Of a stretch of 64,000 bases of DNA, positions 12,681-25,970 are shown in pieces; positions within the stretch are counted from its first letter, which is position 1, and the number at the start of each line of letters is the position of its first letter. The notes beneath the pieces were generated by a model that was not told where the DNA came from, searched no databases, and saw nothing but the letters and a program-made list of their open reading frames with translations. Position numbers and translations under genes: made by a program. Origin of the DNA: Mustelus asterias (taxonomy: Eukaryota); NCBI RefSeq assembly GCF_964213995.1, contig NC_135830.1, positions 17,360,001 through 17,424,000 of the forward strand, read 5' to 3'.

Positions 12681-15600
12681 TGTAGTGAATGAGATAACAA
12701 CTGAAGAAAGGTAGGAGGTTATTATTTGCACAGTTCGGGGACCACTGGACATACAGTTTAATCAGGAGTTTAACATTGCCTGATGCTCCTGACAACCAGG
12801 GACGGATTCTCCATCACACTCACCCCAAGTTTGGAAAATCCCACTTGAGGTCTATGGAACTTTGCATGGTCTGTGTCCCGTCCACAACAATTCCTGTGGT
12901 GGGTGGGACAGAAAGATTCAGCCCCACATCTTTTGAAGAGCTGGATTAGTTGGTTCAAAGTAATTTCAACGCCCCCGCCCATCCCCCGACACTCAACCAT
13001 TCTATTGAGCTACAAATTTCACTCAGCAATTCGGGACCCCACGAGAGACATTCTCAGATTTCCTGTCCAGATTGAAAGGATCCGGCCCGCATTACGAGAA
13101 AGGTTGAGGGACTGTTTGGTCCGCGGAACACACAGTCGAATTCTTCAAAGGTTATGAAGTCGGGACTGTGTTCATGAACTTCAATACTCGGAGTGTCAAA
13201 GTGACCTCTGTGATATTCAGAGCTTGTGTGAGAAATTCTGTCGAATTCATGTTTACGTTCGGGTGTTTTCATGCTCACGTATTCAAGAACAGATAAGAGC
13301 ACAGCTGCTGTATGTTTTTCTGTTCACGAATGTGGCTAACACGCCATTTTGTATTCCTTAATTATGTATTGCTGTGTAACAATGGAAGCCTACATATAGG
13401 CCTTCTGTGACGTGTAATGATAACCTTCATATAAGTTCATCGTAACCTGTACCGATATACATTATACAAGTACCTGCGAACATATATAAATTGTTATATG
13501 CCAGTTAACTCGTTTGCGCGAAGATTGTAACCATGTACATTACAAAGAGACCCCACCTGTGCTCACAGAGAACAACAACACTCGCGGCCTTGGGATAACC
13601 GTGAAGAAAACACCAAGGCAGCAAGATTCACACCATGGCCTGGGAACCTGTGAGGCTTGGGAAACTGCGGACGTGCAAGGAAGGGTATAAATGTATGTTC
13701 TTAACCTGTACTTGCTGAGAGGTCTGAGGCCATGTTAGGCATCGGACGGTCGCCCACAATTGTGAAAATGAACCAGTGTATTTTGACCTACGAATAGACT
13801 GAGAGGTATCTTTACCTACAACAAATGGTGCCGCAACCCGGGACTGTTTACAGGTCCGGTCGAATGGCCACGACTGGGACACCGGAATAGTTACTGAACT
13901 TGATGCAGTGGGTCAAAATACATTGGGTGATCATCTGTGATGAGAGAGTGTCTGAACTGATGAAAGACGTCTGAACTGAGCACATATGGACAAGGAGGTA
14001 ACTGACTCTGGCACCCTGCCTTAAACTGACTGTTAAGAGGAGAAATCTACCACGCTCAAGTTAGGAATTTGAAATGAGTGTCAGGGTTGCCTGAGGTGTG
14101 ATGTTCAGACGTGAGTGATGAGTGATAGATAGAGACTGTCTGAGTGATCACCGGAGTTAAAGGAAAAGCCTTCATGTGAAAGCCGGCTTAATAAAAATAT
14201 TGTGTAAATGGTGGTACGGAGGGAACTGATCACCCCTGACATGTATCACTGAATTCGGATACGAGAAACCGAGGAGGGGAGAGCGAGAAAGGAGAGTCTC
14301 CATTTGGTGAGTATAACCTTATCGATGTAATGTCGGGCAACGACAGTGTGGCCCGGGGTCCCTGATAAATGAAAATATGATTAAGAGAGACAAACTCATT
14401 AAACAGATAGACCACCCACGAGACCAACAACGAAAGTGGTTGGAAAAAGCAAAGAAAGACAGAACTAAGAAAAGTGTGGTTCTCTTCGTTCAGCAATTGG
14501 CTGGATTAATTGAACAGGTCGCAGTCTCTGGTAAGAAATGGGCTGATGACAAAGCAACAATTAAAATGTTGGAAACACGCAATAGCGAATTAGAAAAGCG
14601 AAACCAACTTTCAGAGGACCCTATCCGGAGATTCTGGCCTCCCTATGGGCCGGCCGTACAATCCACGGCGCCAGTGGGAGACCCCTATAAGGAAGAGATC
14701 CATGATCTCGGTCCCATAACTCGGGCTGGGACGTTACAGCATCCCACTGCCCGATATAAACCCTTTACCCCAGGTGAAATACAACAGATTTTGGCATCCC
14801 TGGGAAGGCTCCAGCCCCGGAGTCACAACAGCAAATTTTGGGCAGAACTGGACACTATTTGGGTTGGACACCAGTTACATTTGCGGGATATACACCAGTT
14901 GGTACGGGCTGCTCGCCCGCGGGATAAATGGAGACTAATGGGTGACGGTGGGGACGAGGTTAATGTCGCTGACCAAGCTCGGTTGGATTACCGAGGTGGG
15001 AGTTGGACATACGCGACAGAGACAACCGCCGAAATCGAGCAACGGTTGAGCAATTTAATCGGTTTAAGGCAGAAGTCCAACGAGTCTTGGGTAATGCACC
15101 AAACAAATTACCAATATAAAACAACAAAGGGATGAAGGAGCCTCCGAATTTGGAGAGCGACTCTTTAGAGTATACCATGAATGTTCTGGAATACCCGAAA
15201 GTGCCCGAACAGATAAAGCCTTTTTACAAGCATTTAAAGAAGGGCTGTCGCCAGCTCACCAAAAAAATCCTTAAAATGGGAGTTCGCAATATCCAGAACT
15301 ATGATGAATTAGTAGAATGGGCATCTGGAATTAGAGACGGACCAGATGAGAAACCATACCCACGAATAAAACAGGAAACAGTTAGTGCAAACAGTGGAGT
15401 AGCTGAACCCAAGGGTGCGTACCATAATTGTGGGAAACTGGGTCACTTTGCCAGAGACTGTAGGGCACCGGGGGGAGGGGGGGGGGGGGGGGCGGGGGGA
15501 GGAGGAGGGGGGGGGGGGTCGCAGGAAGGCCCCTATCTGCCTGTTTTGCAATAAGGTTGGCCATACTGAGGCCACTTGTTGGAGCAAACACGGATTTCCT

Positions 15601-16197
15601 CCGCCATCACAGGAGTGGGCAAACTGATGAGGGGCGAGTTTGGGTAAGAGGAGGGTAGAATCTACGTGTCTGCACTAGTAGGGGGCAGATAATGTGAAAT
15701 GCTGTTGGGCACGGGGCCCTCCATATCTATCACTGACCTACCCTTACCCATAACGAATAAAATGATCTATGTAAAAGAAATTAACGGACAAAAGCCCCCT
15801 GCCTACTAAAGAGAAACGAGACAAAGAAAATAGGAGTATCGTTAGTACGTCAGTTAGCTGGAATAACTGAGCAAGATAAAGAAAAGATTAGAGATTTAGA
15901 ATCCAGAATAAGAGAATTGGAGAAATGAAACCAAGTCTTAGAAGAAAAACAATGGGGAGGGGAAACTGTTCCTCTACCTCCGAATGAGTCCGCACAGGGA
16001 CCAAACGCTCCTCCAGAGGAGTGGGAAGCGCTAGAATACAACTTAGCGGCAGTAACCCAACGGGGAAATGGTGCACGTCCAAAAGCTAATTATAAATCCT
16101 TCACCCCATGTAAAACAGAGATTCAGAGGGGAGATTCAGAACGTATTAGGGAATGCACCCACATATTGGAGCAGAAATTACCACAACAAAACAATTA
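12681..16197 (+). mobile_element. Decayed endogenous retrovirus/LTR element: 5' LTR, PBS, gag (two zinc knuckles), protease remnant, second gag fragment
   Basis: LTR about 12681-13823 (TGTAG...CTACAACA, TATAAA near 13685); PBS 13826-13843; frameshifted gag 14377-15627 with knuckles YHNCGKLGHFARDC (first Cys degenerate) and CLFCNKVGHTEATC; protease-like GRIYVSALVGGR*CEMLLGTGPSIS at about 15653-15795; truncated by a CR1 at 16198. Confidence 0.8.
13826..13843 (+). promoter_or_regulatory. Primer-binding site complementary to tRNA-Phe
   Basis: TGGTGCCGCAACCCGGGA versus the expected tRNA-Phe PBS TGGTGCCGAAACCCGGGA (17/18), directly after the LTR-terminal CA. Confidence 0.8.
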
Positions 16198-19020
16198 ATA
16201 GAAACATAGAAAAACTACAGCACCAAACAGGCCCATCAGCCCCATAAGTTGTGCCGAACACATCCTTACCTTCCAGGCCTACCTATAACCCTCCATCCTA
16301 TTAAGTCCCATGGACTCATCCAGGAGTCTCTTAAAAGACCCTTTCGAGTTTGCCTCCACCACCACTGACAGCAGCCGATTCCACTCGCCCACCACCCTCT
16401 GTGTGAAAAACCTCCACCTAACATTTCCCCTGTACCTACCCTCCAGCACAGTAAATCTGTGTCCTCTCGTATAAGCCATTTCCTCCCTGGGAAAAAGCCT
16501 CTGAGAGACCACCCGATCTATGCCTCTCAACATCTTATATACCTCTATTAGGTCTCCTCTCATCCTACATCTCTCCAAGGAGAAAAGACCGAGCTCCCTC
16601 AGCCTATCCTCATAAGGCATGCCACTAAATACAGGCAACATCCTTGTAAATCTCCTCTGCACCCTTTCAATCTTTTCCACATCCTTCTTGTAATTAGGCA
16701 ACCAGAACTGAGCACAGTACTCCAAGTGGGGTCTGGCGAGGGTCTTATATAGCTGCATCATTATCCCCGGACTCTGAAACTCAATCCCTCGATTGATAAA
16801 GGCCAGCACGCCATACGCCTTCTTAACCACCTCCTCCACCTGCGAGGCCAATTTTAGAACCCTATGGACCCGGACCCCAAGGTCCTTCTGATCCTCTACA
16901 GTACGAAGCTTCTTTCCCTTAATATTGTACTCCTTCATCCCATTTGACCTGGCAAAATGGACCACGACGCATTTATCTGGGTTGAAGTCAATCTGCCACT
17001 TCTCCGCCCAGTCTTGCATCCTATCTATGCCCCTCTGTAACTTCTGACATCCCTCCAGACTATCCACAACCCCACCAACCTTCGTGTCGTCGGCAAACTG
17101 ACCAACCCATCCCTCCACTTCCTCATCCAGGTCATTTATGAAAATGACAAACAGCAAGGGTCCCAGAACAGATCCCTGGGGCATGCCACTGGTCACCGAC
17201 CTCCATTTAGAAAAAGACCCATCTATACACACTCTCTGCCTCCTTTAGGCAAGCCAGTTCTGTATCCACAGGGCAGCAGCCCCTTGGATCCCATGCCCTC
17301 TCACTTTTTCTAGATGCCTTACATGGGGGACCTTATCGAAAGCCTTGCTAAAATCCATATAAACCACATCTACCGCTTTCCCTTCGTCAATGTCTTTAGT
17401 CACATTTTCGAAGAACTCCACCAGACTCGTAAGGCACGATCTGCCTTTGACAAAACCGTGTAGAGTATTCTTGAGCATACTAAACCTTTCTAAATGCTCA
17501 TAAATCTTGTCCCTCAGGATCTTCTCCATCAGCTTACCAACCACTGAGATTAGACTCACCGGTCGGTAATTTCCTGGGCTATCCTTATTCCCCTTCTTGA
17601 AAATAGGAACCACATCTGCAATCCTCCAATCCTCTGTCACCTCTCCCGTCTCCATCGACGACGCAAAGATCATCGCCAGAGGCTCTGCAATCTCTTCCCT
17701 CGCCACCCACAGTAACCTGGGGTACATCCCAGCCAGACCCGGCGACCTATCTATCTTGAAGCCATTCAAAGATTCCAGCACAACCTCTTTCTTTAAGTCC
17801 ACATACTCAATCTTTTCAGTCCACCGCAAGCCCGCAGTACATCCACCCATGTCCTTCTCCTCTGTGAAAACCGAGGCAAAATACTCATTAAGCACCTCTG
17901 CCATTTCTACTGGTTCCGTAGAGACTTTCCTGCTTTCAACTTTTATAGGCCCTATTCCTTCACGTCTCATCCTTTTACTCCTCACATATTTATGGAACGC
18001 CTTAGGGTTTTCCTTAATCCTATCTGCCAAGGCCTTCCTCGTGACCCCTTCTGGCTTTCCTAATTTCCTTCTTTAGTCCCTTCCTACAAGCCGTATACAC
18101 ATTTAGATCCCTATCTTCGCCAAGCTCTCTGAACCTTTTGTATGCATTCCTTTTCTTCTCGACTAGGTCCCGCACAGCTTTCATGCACCACGGTTCCTTT
18201 AACCTACCAACACCTCCCTGTCTGCTCGGAACGTTGTCCCGTAGAACTCTAGACAGACATTACTTGAAAAAGTGCCACCTCTCTTCAGTACATTTCCCTG
18301 AGAATTCCTCCTTCCAATTTACTCCTCTAATTTGCTGACTTATGTCTTCATATTTCCCCTTACTCCATATAAACGCTTTCCTAGCTTGCCTGATCCTCTC
18401 TTTTTCCAATGCAATCATAAAGGAGATAGAGTAATGGTCGCTATCCCCAAGATGCTCTCCCACTGAGAGATCTGACACCTGTCCAGGTTCATTGGTCAGT
18501 ATCAGCTCAAGTACAGCCTCCCCTCTTGTAGGCTTGTCCACATGCTGTGTTAGGAAACCCTCCTGAACACACCTCACGAACTGCTCCTCATCCAATCCCC
18601 TTACCCTAGCGATATTCCAATCTATGTTTGGGAAATTAAACTCTCCCATCACAACAACTCTGCTATTACTGCACATCTCCAGGATCTGTTTCCCTATCTG
18701 CTCCTCCACCTCCCTGTTACTATTGGGCGGGTATAGAAAACTCCCAGCAAAGTGATCGACCCCTTCCCACTCCGAACTTCCACCCACAGAGACTGTGTGG
18801 ACAATCCCTCCACAGCATACACCTTCTCTACAGTTGTGACACTATCCCTGATCAGCAGTGCCACTCCACCCTCTCTCTTGCCTCCCTCCCTGTCCTTCCT
18901 GAAACATCTGAATCCCGGCACCCGGAGTATCCAGTCCTGTCCCTGAGACATCCAAGCCTTGTACAGCATTTTAACTGTAATCTAGCACTGTGGCTCACTG
19001 CACAGTAATCGATCGCCCCG
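16198..19020 (-). mobile_element. CR1 LINE with near-complete, frameshifted ORF2 (APE endonuclease + RT)
   Basis: ORFs 18694-18969 and 18260-18787 (FRKDREGGKREGGVALL; MGEFNFPNIDW; SDH), 17245-18030 (PGNYRPVSL; YMDFSKAFDKVPH), 16279-17232 (PQGSVLGPLLF; FADD); ATAGAAAC tail. Confidence 0.92.
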
Positions 19021-19027
19021 TCCTCCA

Positions 19028-20122
19028 GGGGAGGGAGCGGATGTGGAGGGGGGGGGAGGTGGATGGGGAGGGCGGAGGGGAGGGAGAGGGAGGGGCGGGG
19101 GAAGGGGGACGGGACGGGAGGGGAGGGTGAGGAGGAGTGGGGCAGGAAGGGAGGGTGCCGGAGGGAGGCTAGGAGAGGGAGGAAGGGGGAGGCGGAGGGG
19201 AGGGAATGGAGGGTGGAGGGAGATGGGGGGAGGGGGGCGAGGGGGAAGAGGTGGGGGAGCGATGAGGTAGAGGGGGGAGAGGTGGAGGTGGGTCAGGGGG
19301 GAGGTGGTGGTGGAGCGGGAGGAGGGGATAGGGGTTGAGGGGGGAGGGGGCGAGGGGTTGGGTGAGGGGGGAAGGTGCGGGCAGACAGGTGAGGAGGAGG
19401 TGTGCGTGGGGGGACGTGGGGGAGAGGCAGGGAGGGGGGATAGGGGAGCGGGTGGGAGGGGGGAGGATGAGGGGACGGGGAGGGGAGGAGGCGTAGGGGG
19501 ACGCGGAGGGAAGGAGTGGAATGGGGGAGGGAGGCGGTCGGAGGGGAGGGAGAGGGGGAGGGGAGCTGGAAGGGGGTGCAGCGGGGATGGGGGAAGGGAA
19601 GTGGGGGAGGAGTGGAAGGGGAGGGGAGAGGGGGAGGTGGGAGGGGGGAAACTGGAGGCATGGGGAGGGAGGGGTGGAGGGGATGGGGGAGAGGGCCGAA
19701 GGCGTCGGAGGAGGGGAGCGAAGCGGAGGAGGGGAGTGAGGCGATGGGGGAAGGGGGAGGGGAGGGCGGGAGGGGGCGCGGGAGGTGGGGGGAGGGGAAG
19801 GGGTGCAGGTGACGAGGGGAGGGAGGGGAGGGGGAAGGGAGGGCGGAAGGGAACGCGGGGGGGGGCGGGGCGGGGGTCGTGGGAGGGGAGTGGGGGGACG
19901 GGGTAGAGGGAGGGGAGGGGGGAGGGAGAGGTATTGAGTGGGAGGGGGGATGCAGGGGATGGGTGTGTGGGGATGCAGAGGGAGGGGGAATAGAGTTGGG
20001 GGGATGAAGGGGGGATGAGATGTCGGGGGAGGTGGGATGGAAGGGGGGAGGGTGGATTGACGGGGGAGTGGGGAATGGGGCGGAAGGGGGGTGGTGGAGG
20101 GGGATGGGGAGGGGGGAAGGGC
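19028..20122 (+). repeat. Polypurine G/A-rich low-complexity tract (about 1.1 kb)
   Basis: Almost only G and A on the plus strand with dense GGG runs and no fixed period. Confidence 0.9.
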
Positions 20123-22039
20123 GTGACTCTACTGTGACATCACAAGCCTACCATCCATACAGCTTTCAGTTTGCAGAGTTGGGTCTTCAATCTGGCACCG
20201 TCTGTCCGCAAATGCTTTTCATTGCACGTTCGGATTTTCCTGATGAGTTTTTTCAGGGTTTACTGTAAATAACACCAAGAATAAAATGCTGCCCGGGTAT
20301 CTAAATTGGAGCTCTTTGGAGACTGACTTTGTTACTGTTGATATGTATTTGGGAAAACGATGCGAAGTCTGCGGAAATCAATGCTGGAGTTCTCTTTTCA
20401 AATCCTGGTGACGACGAAGTCGAGAGAACGCCAAGTCTTCGGAGAAATTTACGAAGTTATAAATCAGAACAGCGCCAAGCATTGACAGACTAATTTGCTT
20501 TCTTTACTGTCGAAGCAAAGGGGTACTAAAGCAACTTAACTGATTTGTTCAGACTGTTCCCCTTTTCAGGGAGTAAAATGTTGTCTTGTCGATACATTGC
20601 AAAGTCACTGCTTCTCTTTCTGTCTGAACTGCTGAGCACAGCGGCTGGGTGACAGAATCTCCACGACCCATATATAGAAATGGGCTCTCTTTGACTGGAG
20701 AAGGAGGCCTCATAACAAAACAGATTCTCCACCCCAGGTGCAGTCGAAAATTTGAATAAAGGGCATAAACAAAATCCTAGCAGAATTCATGATCGGAAAT
20801 TGTTGAACACAAACTTGACTCCCAAAGACTCACAGGTGGGAGGAAGCTGCACTTTGTAGTTCCATGTCACCCCAGCAGAGGGCCGTGAGATACCGTGTTG
20901 GGTTCAGTATCGGGGCGAATTCCAAACTCACAACCGTAGCCAGTAAAAACATTGAGAAAATCTAACTAAAAGAATAAATGTGGAAACAGAAATATTATAC
21001 CAGCATCGATAGCAAACTTACATTGTTTTCAAGAGATTTTTTATTATGGCTGTCAAAGTTATGATTTTTTAGAAACTCTTTGGGAACCGGAATCACAGGA
21101 GAATGAAGGGTGAACTGTCTGACTGAGCAGAGACAGTCAAGGCACCTTTCCCGTTTTTATGAAACTGGAACATTGACTCTGACGTTGGCAGTGAAAGTAA
21201 CTGTTCGGAGATATTGAAAATATTCTCGTTCCAGCACATCAGGAATTCTACCTAAAAGCAGCTTCGGGACAGTCCGAATATTTGTTTACAGACAAGACAC
21301 AGAAAGGCTTAAAGGGAGACGGCACCGGTTATAGGAGAGCTGATTCCTGGTGCCATGTATGTGCCTCCAATGGGTGTTCTGCGACTATTAGCCTTAAATT
21401 GTGTCTGCCTCGAACCCATTAGAAATCCATTCAATTATTCAATTCTAACGAACCCTTTAATTATTGTCTTTTCCTCATTCTACAGCGTGTGAAACAGGGA
21501 AAAGCAGCAATATTCCAGCCTCCCACTGTCCAAACACCGCTTGCCAGCTGAAAGCACTGGTGATTTTGCTGTGTGTTTTCTCAGAAATAGTGAAGAGTAA
21601 ATCTTCAATATTTTGATTGACACTCGGTTCCATTCACATTCAACAATAAACTTGAATTCAGAACCGTCAGGGCAGTGAATGTTGATAATGTTTCTGCCCT
21701 GTTTAGAACTGGGACCTCTGCAAATATAAACTGAATGTCGTAATCCATTCAGTCCAGAAATTCCGCTCAGGATAAAAGCGACTGGTCTGGAAGGACAAAC
21801 AGTGCTGTCTGATTGAACTTCAGAGCCTGTTTTGTGGAAGTCCAATTCGGCTGAAACCCTTATTCATGCGGCACAGGAATTGATCTAACATTTGAGTCAT
21901 AAAGTTAAATTTGCGCCAATTCTTCCGTCTGTCCTCGTGACTGAAAATTTTGCAGAATATCATTTAATGCTTGGGTAAGAATAAATGTAGTTACGCTGTG
22001 AGATAATTTGTTTCTGTCAATGTTTAACAACAAACGGGG

Positions 22040-22493
22040 TTGAGGTATCTTTGTATACGGCAGCGTCTGTCAGCTGCAAACTCGAGATAGTCAAACTGGT
22101 GAATTTAGTCGCGATCTGGAGCTCCACGGAAAAACGTGTTTCCGCAAAATCTGCTTTCTCTTCATAATTATTACTGGCCTTCAGCAGTACAAACTCGGGC
22201 TGTGTGTTTCGATACTGTCGGTACCAATGTAACATATAGCCGCTCATTGCAGTCTCATAGCTACAGTTTAAAGTCACCACTTCTCCTTCTGTCTTTGCAT
22301 CTGACGAGAGCGACTGAGTCACAGTATCTGCATGAGCCACATCTCAAAGAAGAACAGAAAAGTTACGATCTGCAGCTGATCAAATTCTGATTTAACCCAT
22401 GGTTTGGAAACTAGAGAAAGGGCGAAATGTCTTTCCTCCACAGTTCCCTGCCAAGAATGCTCCCCACACAACCCAGATGCTGAGTAGTCGCAT
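22040..22493 (-). pseudogene. TCR alpha/delta-type V segment pseudogene (leader + V exon)
   Basis: Leader 22493-22448 MRLLSIWVVWGAFLA, donor mutated to GG; 105-bp intron; V exon from 22342: DVAHADTVTQS...VTLNCSYET...LHWYRQY..QPEFVL...ADFAETRFSVELQ...SLTISSLQLTDAAVY. The sequence then breaks off, with no second Cys and no RSS heptamer. Confidence 0.85.
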
Positions 22494-25400
22494 TCTACCT
22501 GTCCGCTCTGCAAAAGGGCTGCCCGACATTTGAAGACACCCTTTTAATCCTCGCCTTCTATATTCTGCTGTCGTGTTTCAGCATGTTCTCAGCTCACTTC
22601 CTTTGTCCCTTGATTGACATATCGTGAGGTCGCAGGCAGTTACTAAAAGCACCCTGACACCGAATGCTATTACTGTCCTTATGAAAGGGAATGGATCCGG
22701 ATTTACTGTCCCGGGTTGGGAAAGAAACGTTTCCTGAAACGCTGTGATCCAATAAATGCTATTAATAAAGAGAAGGAATCCATTTAACTTTACCTTTTTT
22801 CTGATAATGCATATTTAGCATTGATACAAAGCAAAACGAGCCACATAGAGGCTGCAAAGCGATAGGGGAGCATGAGCGTGTTTGCAAGAAAGTGATCAAC
22901 AGGAATATATTGCGGAAAATTAAGAAGTTATTCACATTGGCGAGAAAAGTAGAGAAAAATAAAATCATACATTTATATGGTGAGAATCAATTATATGTTG
23001 ATGTGCAGACATAGCTCACCGTCCTTGTATACACATGTAACCTACAGGTGGAGACAGCAATCCAGGAGGCAAATACAATTTTGGCCTTCATTCCAAAGCA
23101 ATTGAGCTACACGAGAATGGTCGCCTTGCTGCAATGGAAGAGGACTTTGGCCTGGCCACGTTTGGAGAAAAGAGCGCAGTTTCCGTCAGTGTTCTTCAGG
23201 AAGGGTGCATTTGCTCAAGGTTTTTAGGTGGAATGTTCAAGAGGTAATGACAGAGCAGTTTTGGGGCGGCACTTAACCCTTTCCTGCTCCTATTCATTAG
23301 ACCCATGACAGGGCTTGAGAAAAGCAGAAAGGGATCTTGAAAGAGGAAGAAGTAATGAAGGATTGTTTGAGGAAGGGAGAGAATGAGTCGGAGAGGCAGA
23401 CGGAATAATGGAGAGAGGGGGAATGGGAGATTCAGAAATGGAATGGAAGATGCAGTAGGAGAGGGGGCACTGAATGATTACGAAAATAATTGGTTGTTGC
23501 GGGAGATAGAGTATGATTGGGAGACACAGAGGGAGGTCAGGGGGCTTCCATAGCTGAATAGCTCACTAGATGTCCAAGCAGAATTTGGAGCCTTGGTTGC
23601 TGTCTGTTGTCAGTGTCATAGTATAAACCCTCTATCTCTCAGTTCGCAGCTAGCAGTGTGAGCACTATGCAAATGGTTCCTTCCTGGGTTTTTTACCTCA
23701 TTCTTTTCAATCGTTTCTTCTTGAAAGTTGATGAATAAGTCGTGTGTCTCTCTGGATTCCTGCCTGTCCTCAAACGAGTTTTCAATTCAAGTATCACAGA
23801 AGTGGACAGAGAATGAATCAGAGAGTGTTTGACAAAAAAAAGTAAATATAAGTCTTAACAGTAAATAAAATACATCTCAAATTGTGTTGTAATGTACTGA
23901 AAGCAGTGGAATTTTACTGCAATTTTGGTAATGCCAACTTTGAACTGTCATGTAATATGATAATACAGATACTAATCGTGCATTGTAAATAAAATATACA
24001 GAGGGGTAAGGGAGTTATCCCTGGTGTCCAGGTCAATGTTTATCCAAGAATCAACATCACACAAACAGATTCCGTGATCATTGCCATATTGCTGTTTGGG
24101 TTAATTTTCTGTGTGTACCTCCTCTGTTATAATAGCGACTGCACTTATTATAAAACATTGGCTGTAACATGTTTTGAAATGTCCATTGGTATTGCGAAGA
24201 GCCGTATAAATCCACAATTTACCTTTAAAGTCTAATTACATTGAAAGATTGCTCTCTGGGAGCGATGCGCCTCCTGATTTCCATGAAGCCACTCCCCAGT
24301 CTGGCATGCAAAATGTGTGATACACACACTGCTCACTTCCCTGGACGAGCGCATCTCCAACAGCAATCATGGGGCAAGACCCAATCGAGGGTAAAACAGC
24401 CTTGATGTTTGGCACCTCATCCACAAATTTAACATTCTCTTTCTCCACAGCGCCACCAGCGTGTATTATCTACATTGCAGCAGCTTGCCATGGGTCCTTC
24501 GACAATGGTTTACAAACCCGGGAACTCGACCACCTGGAATCTGAAGGGCGCAGGAAAGACCGAAATGAGCAAGTTCCCCTCAAACTCACTGGAGATCCTT
24601 ATTTATAAAGAAATTGCAGTTCCTCCTTCAGTGCCATCTTATTAAAATAAGTGCAAGGGGAATAAAAAAAAGAAAGAAAGCAAAGAGGGGATGAAAAATA
24701 AAACAAATAAATTCAAGGATATTCAATAAATATAGAAAGAGCAATCGGACACCGAAGGGAAATGGCAGGCCTGGTAAGAAGAAAAGGACGCGGACATGCT
24801 TCTTGACTCCACGGTGAAGCTTTGATTTACAATAAGAAGCGAGGGGAGGCAATTGGTAAATGAAATACAACAGAAAATGGCAATTCGGCTCGCCATACAT
24901 TCTTAGATTGGTTGGTGGAGAAATTCAATTAATCTCTTTCTCCTCTTCTTTCCCCAGAGCCTTGTAAACAAACACCTCTGCAACAATGTACCCGCTCCTC
25001 TTTTGAAAGATACTATTGTAACTGCTGCCAACGCCCTTTCACGCAGCGCGTTCTAACTCACAACTCGCTGTCATGCCATGTCTGATTTTTCCAGTCGCCT
25101 CATATCATTGTTTTCAGTTTAAAGAGCCTCCTGCTGCTAGAAAAGTTTGTTCCTTATTTACACCATCGAAATACATGATGGGTTCGAACACTTTTCGTAA
25201 ATCTCCCTTCAGCTGAGAAAACTGATGGTGGTTCTCTGTGAATTAAAGTTCACAGATAGTTAGAAATGAGAATGACTACTCCTTCATTCTTGGTAGGACT
25301 CTGTCATCAGCTGAGACCCTAATTCTGTTTTTAGACTGCCATCCAAATACTTCAGCATATTTTCACACCTAATTGATAGTTCATTGCACGGACTGAACTG

Positions 25401-25717
25401 CTCTGCCTGAGAAGTCTTGGTTCTGGTTCGAAAACTTTGTTTTATAGAGTGAACATGGGTTTTTCACACAGAGAGGTTCTGTGTAAACCTTCCAGCATGA
25501 TGTTAATAAAATATCGACTTTCGGAAAAGAATTGAAATATCATTATAAAAACGGAGCCAACAGAATTCACAATGTCTTTCGCTGCCCTCTGGTGCCAAAT
25601 GTTGTAATCAAACATAAGGATAAACGTCAGTATGTCGCCAACAAGCAGGGAATCAATGCTGATTTCAGCAATGATAGATTGTAATCTTGCCCCATTCCAT
25701 CTCCAACTTTGCAACGT

Positions 25718-25970
25718 GAATTTGTGTGTGCGTTTGTGCGGTGTGTTTCTGTGTGTTTGCGTATGTTTGTGTCTGCTTGCATGTGTTTGTGTATGTGTAC
25801 ATTTGTGTGTGTACATTTGTGTGTGTGCTTGTACTTGTGTGTGTTTGGGCATGCACGTTTGTTTTGTGTGCCTTTGTATATGTGTGTGTGTGCGTTTGTA
25901 CGTGCGTTTGTGTGTATATGTGTATGTATGTGTGTTCGTGTTTGTGTATGTGCTTGTATGTGTGTTTTAT
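25718..25970. repeat. Degenerate (TG)n microsatellite
   Basis: TGTG/TGTA/TGCG-rich tract; a second similar tract lies at about 26510-26780. Confidence 0.85.

Noticed and set aside
19043-20268. Gly/Arg/Glu-rich and Pro-rich ORFs
   Set aside because: By-products of the G/A low-complexity tract, open in several frames.
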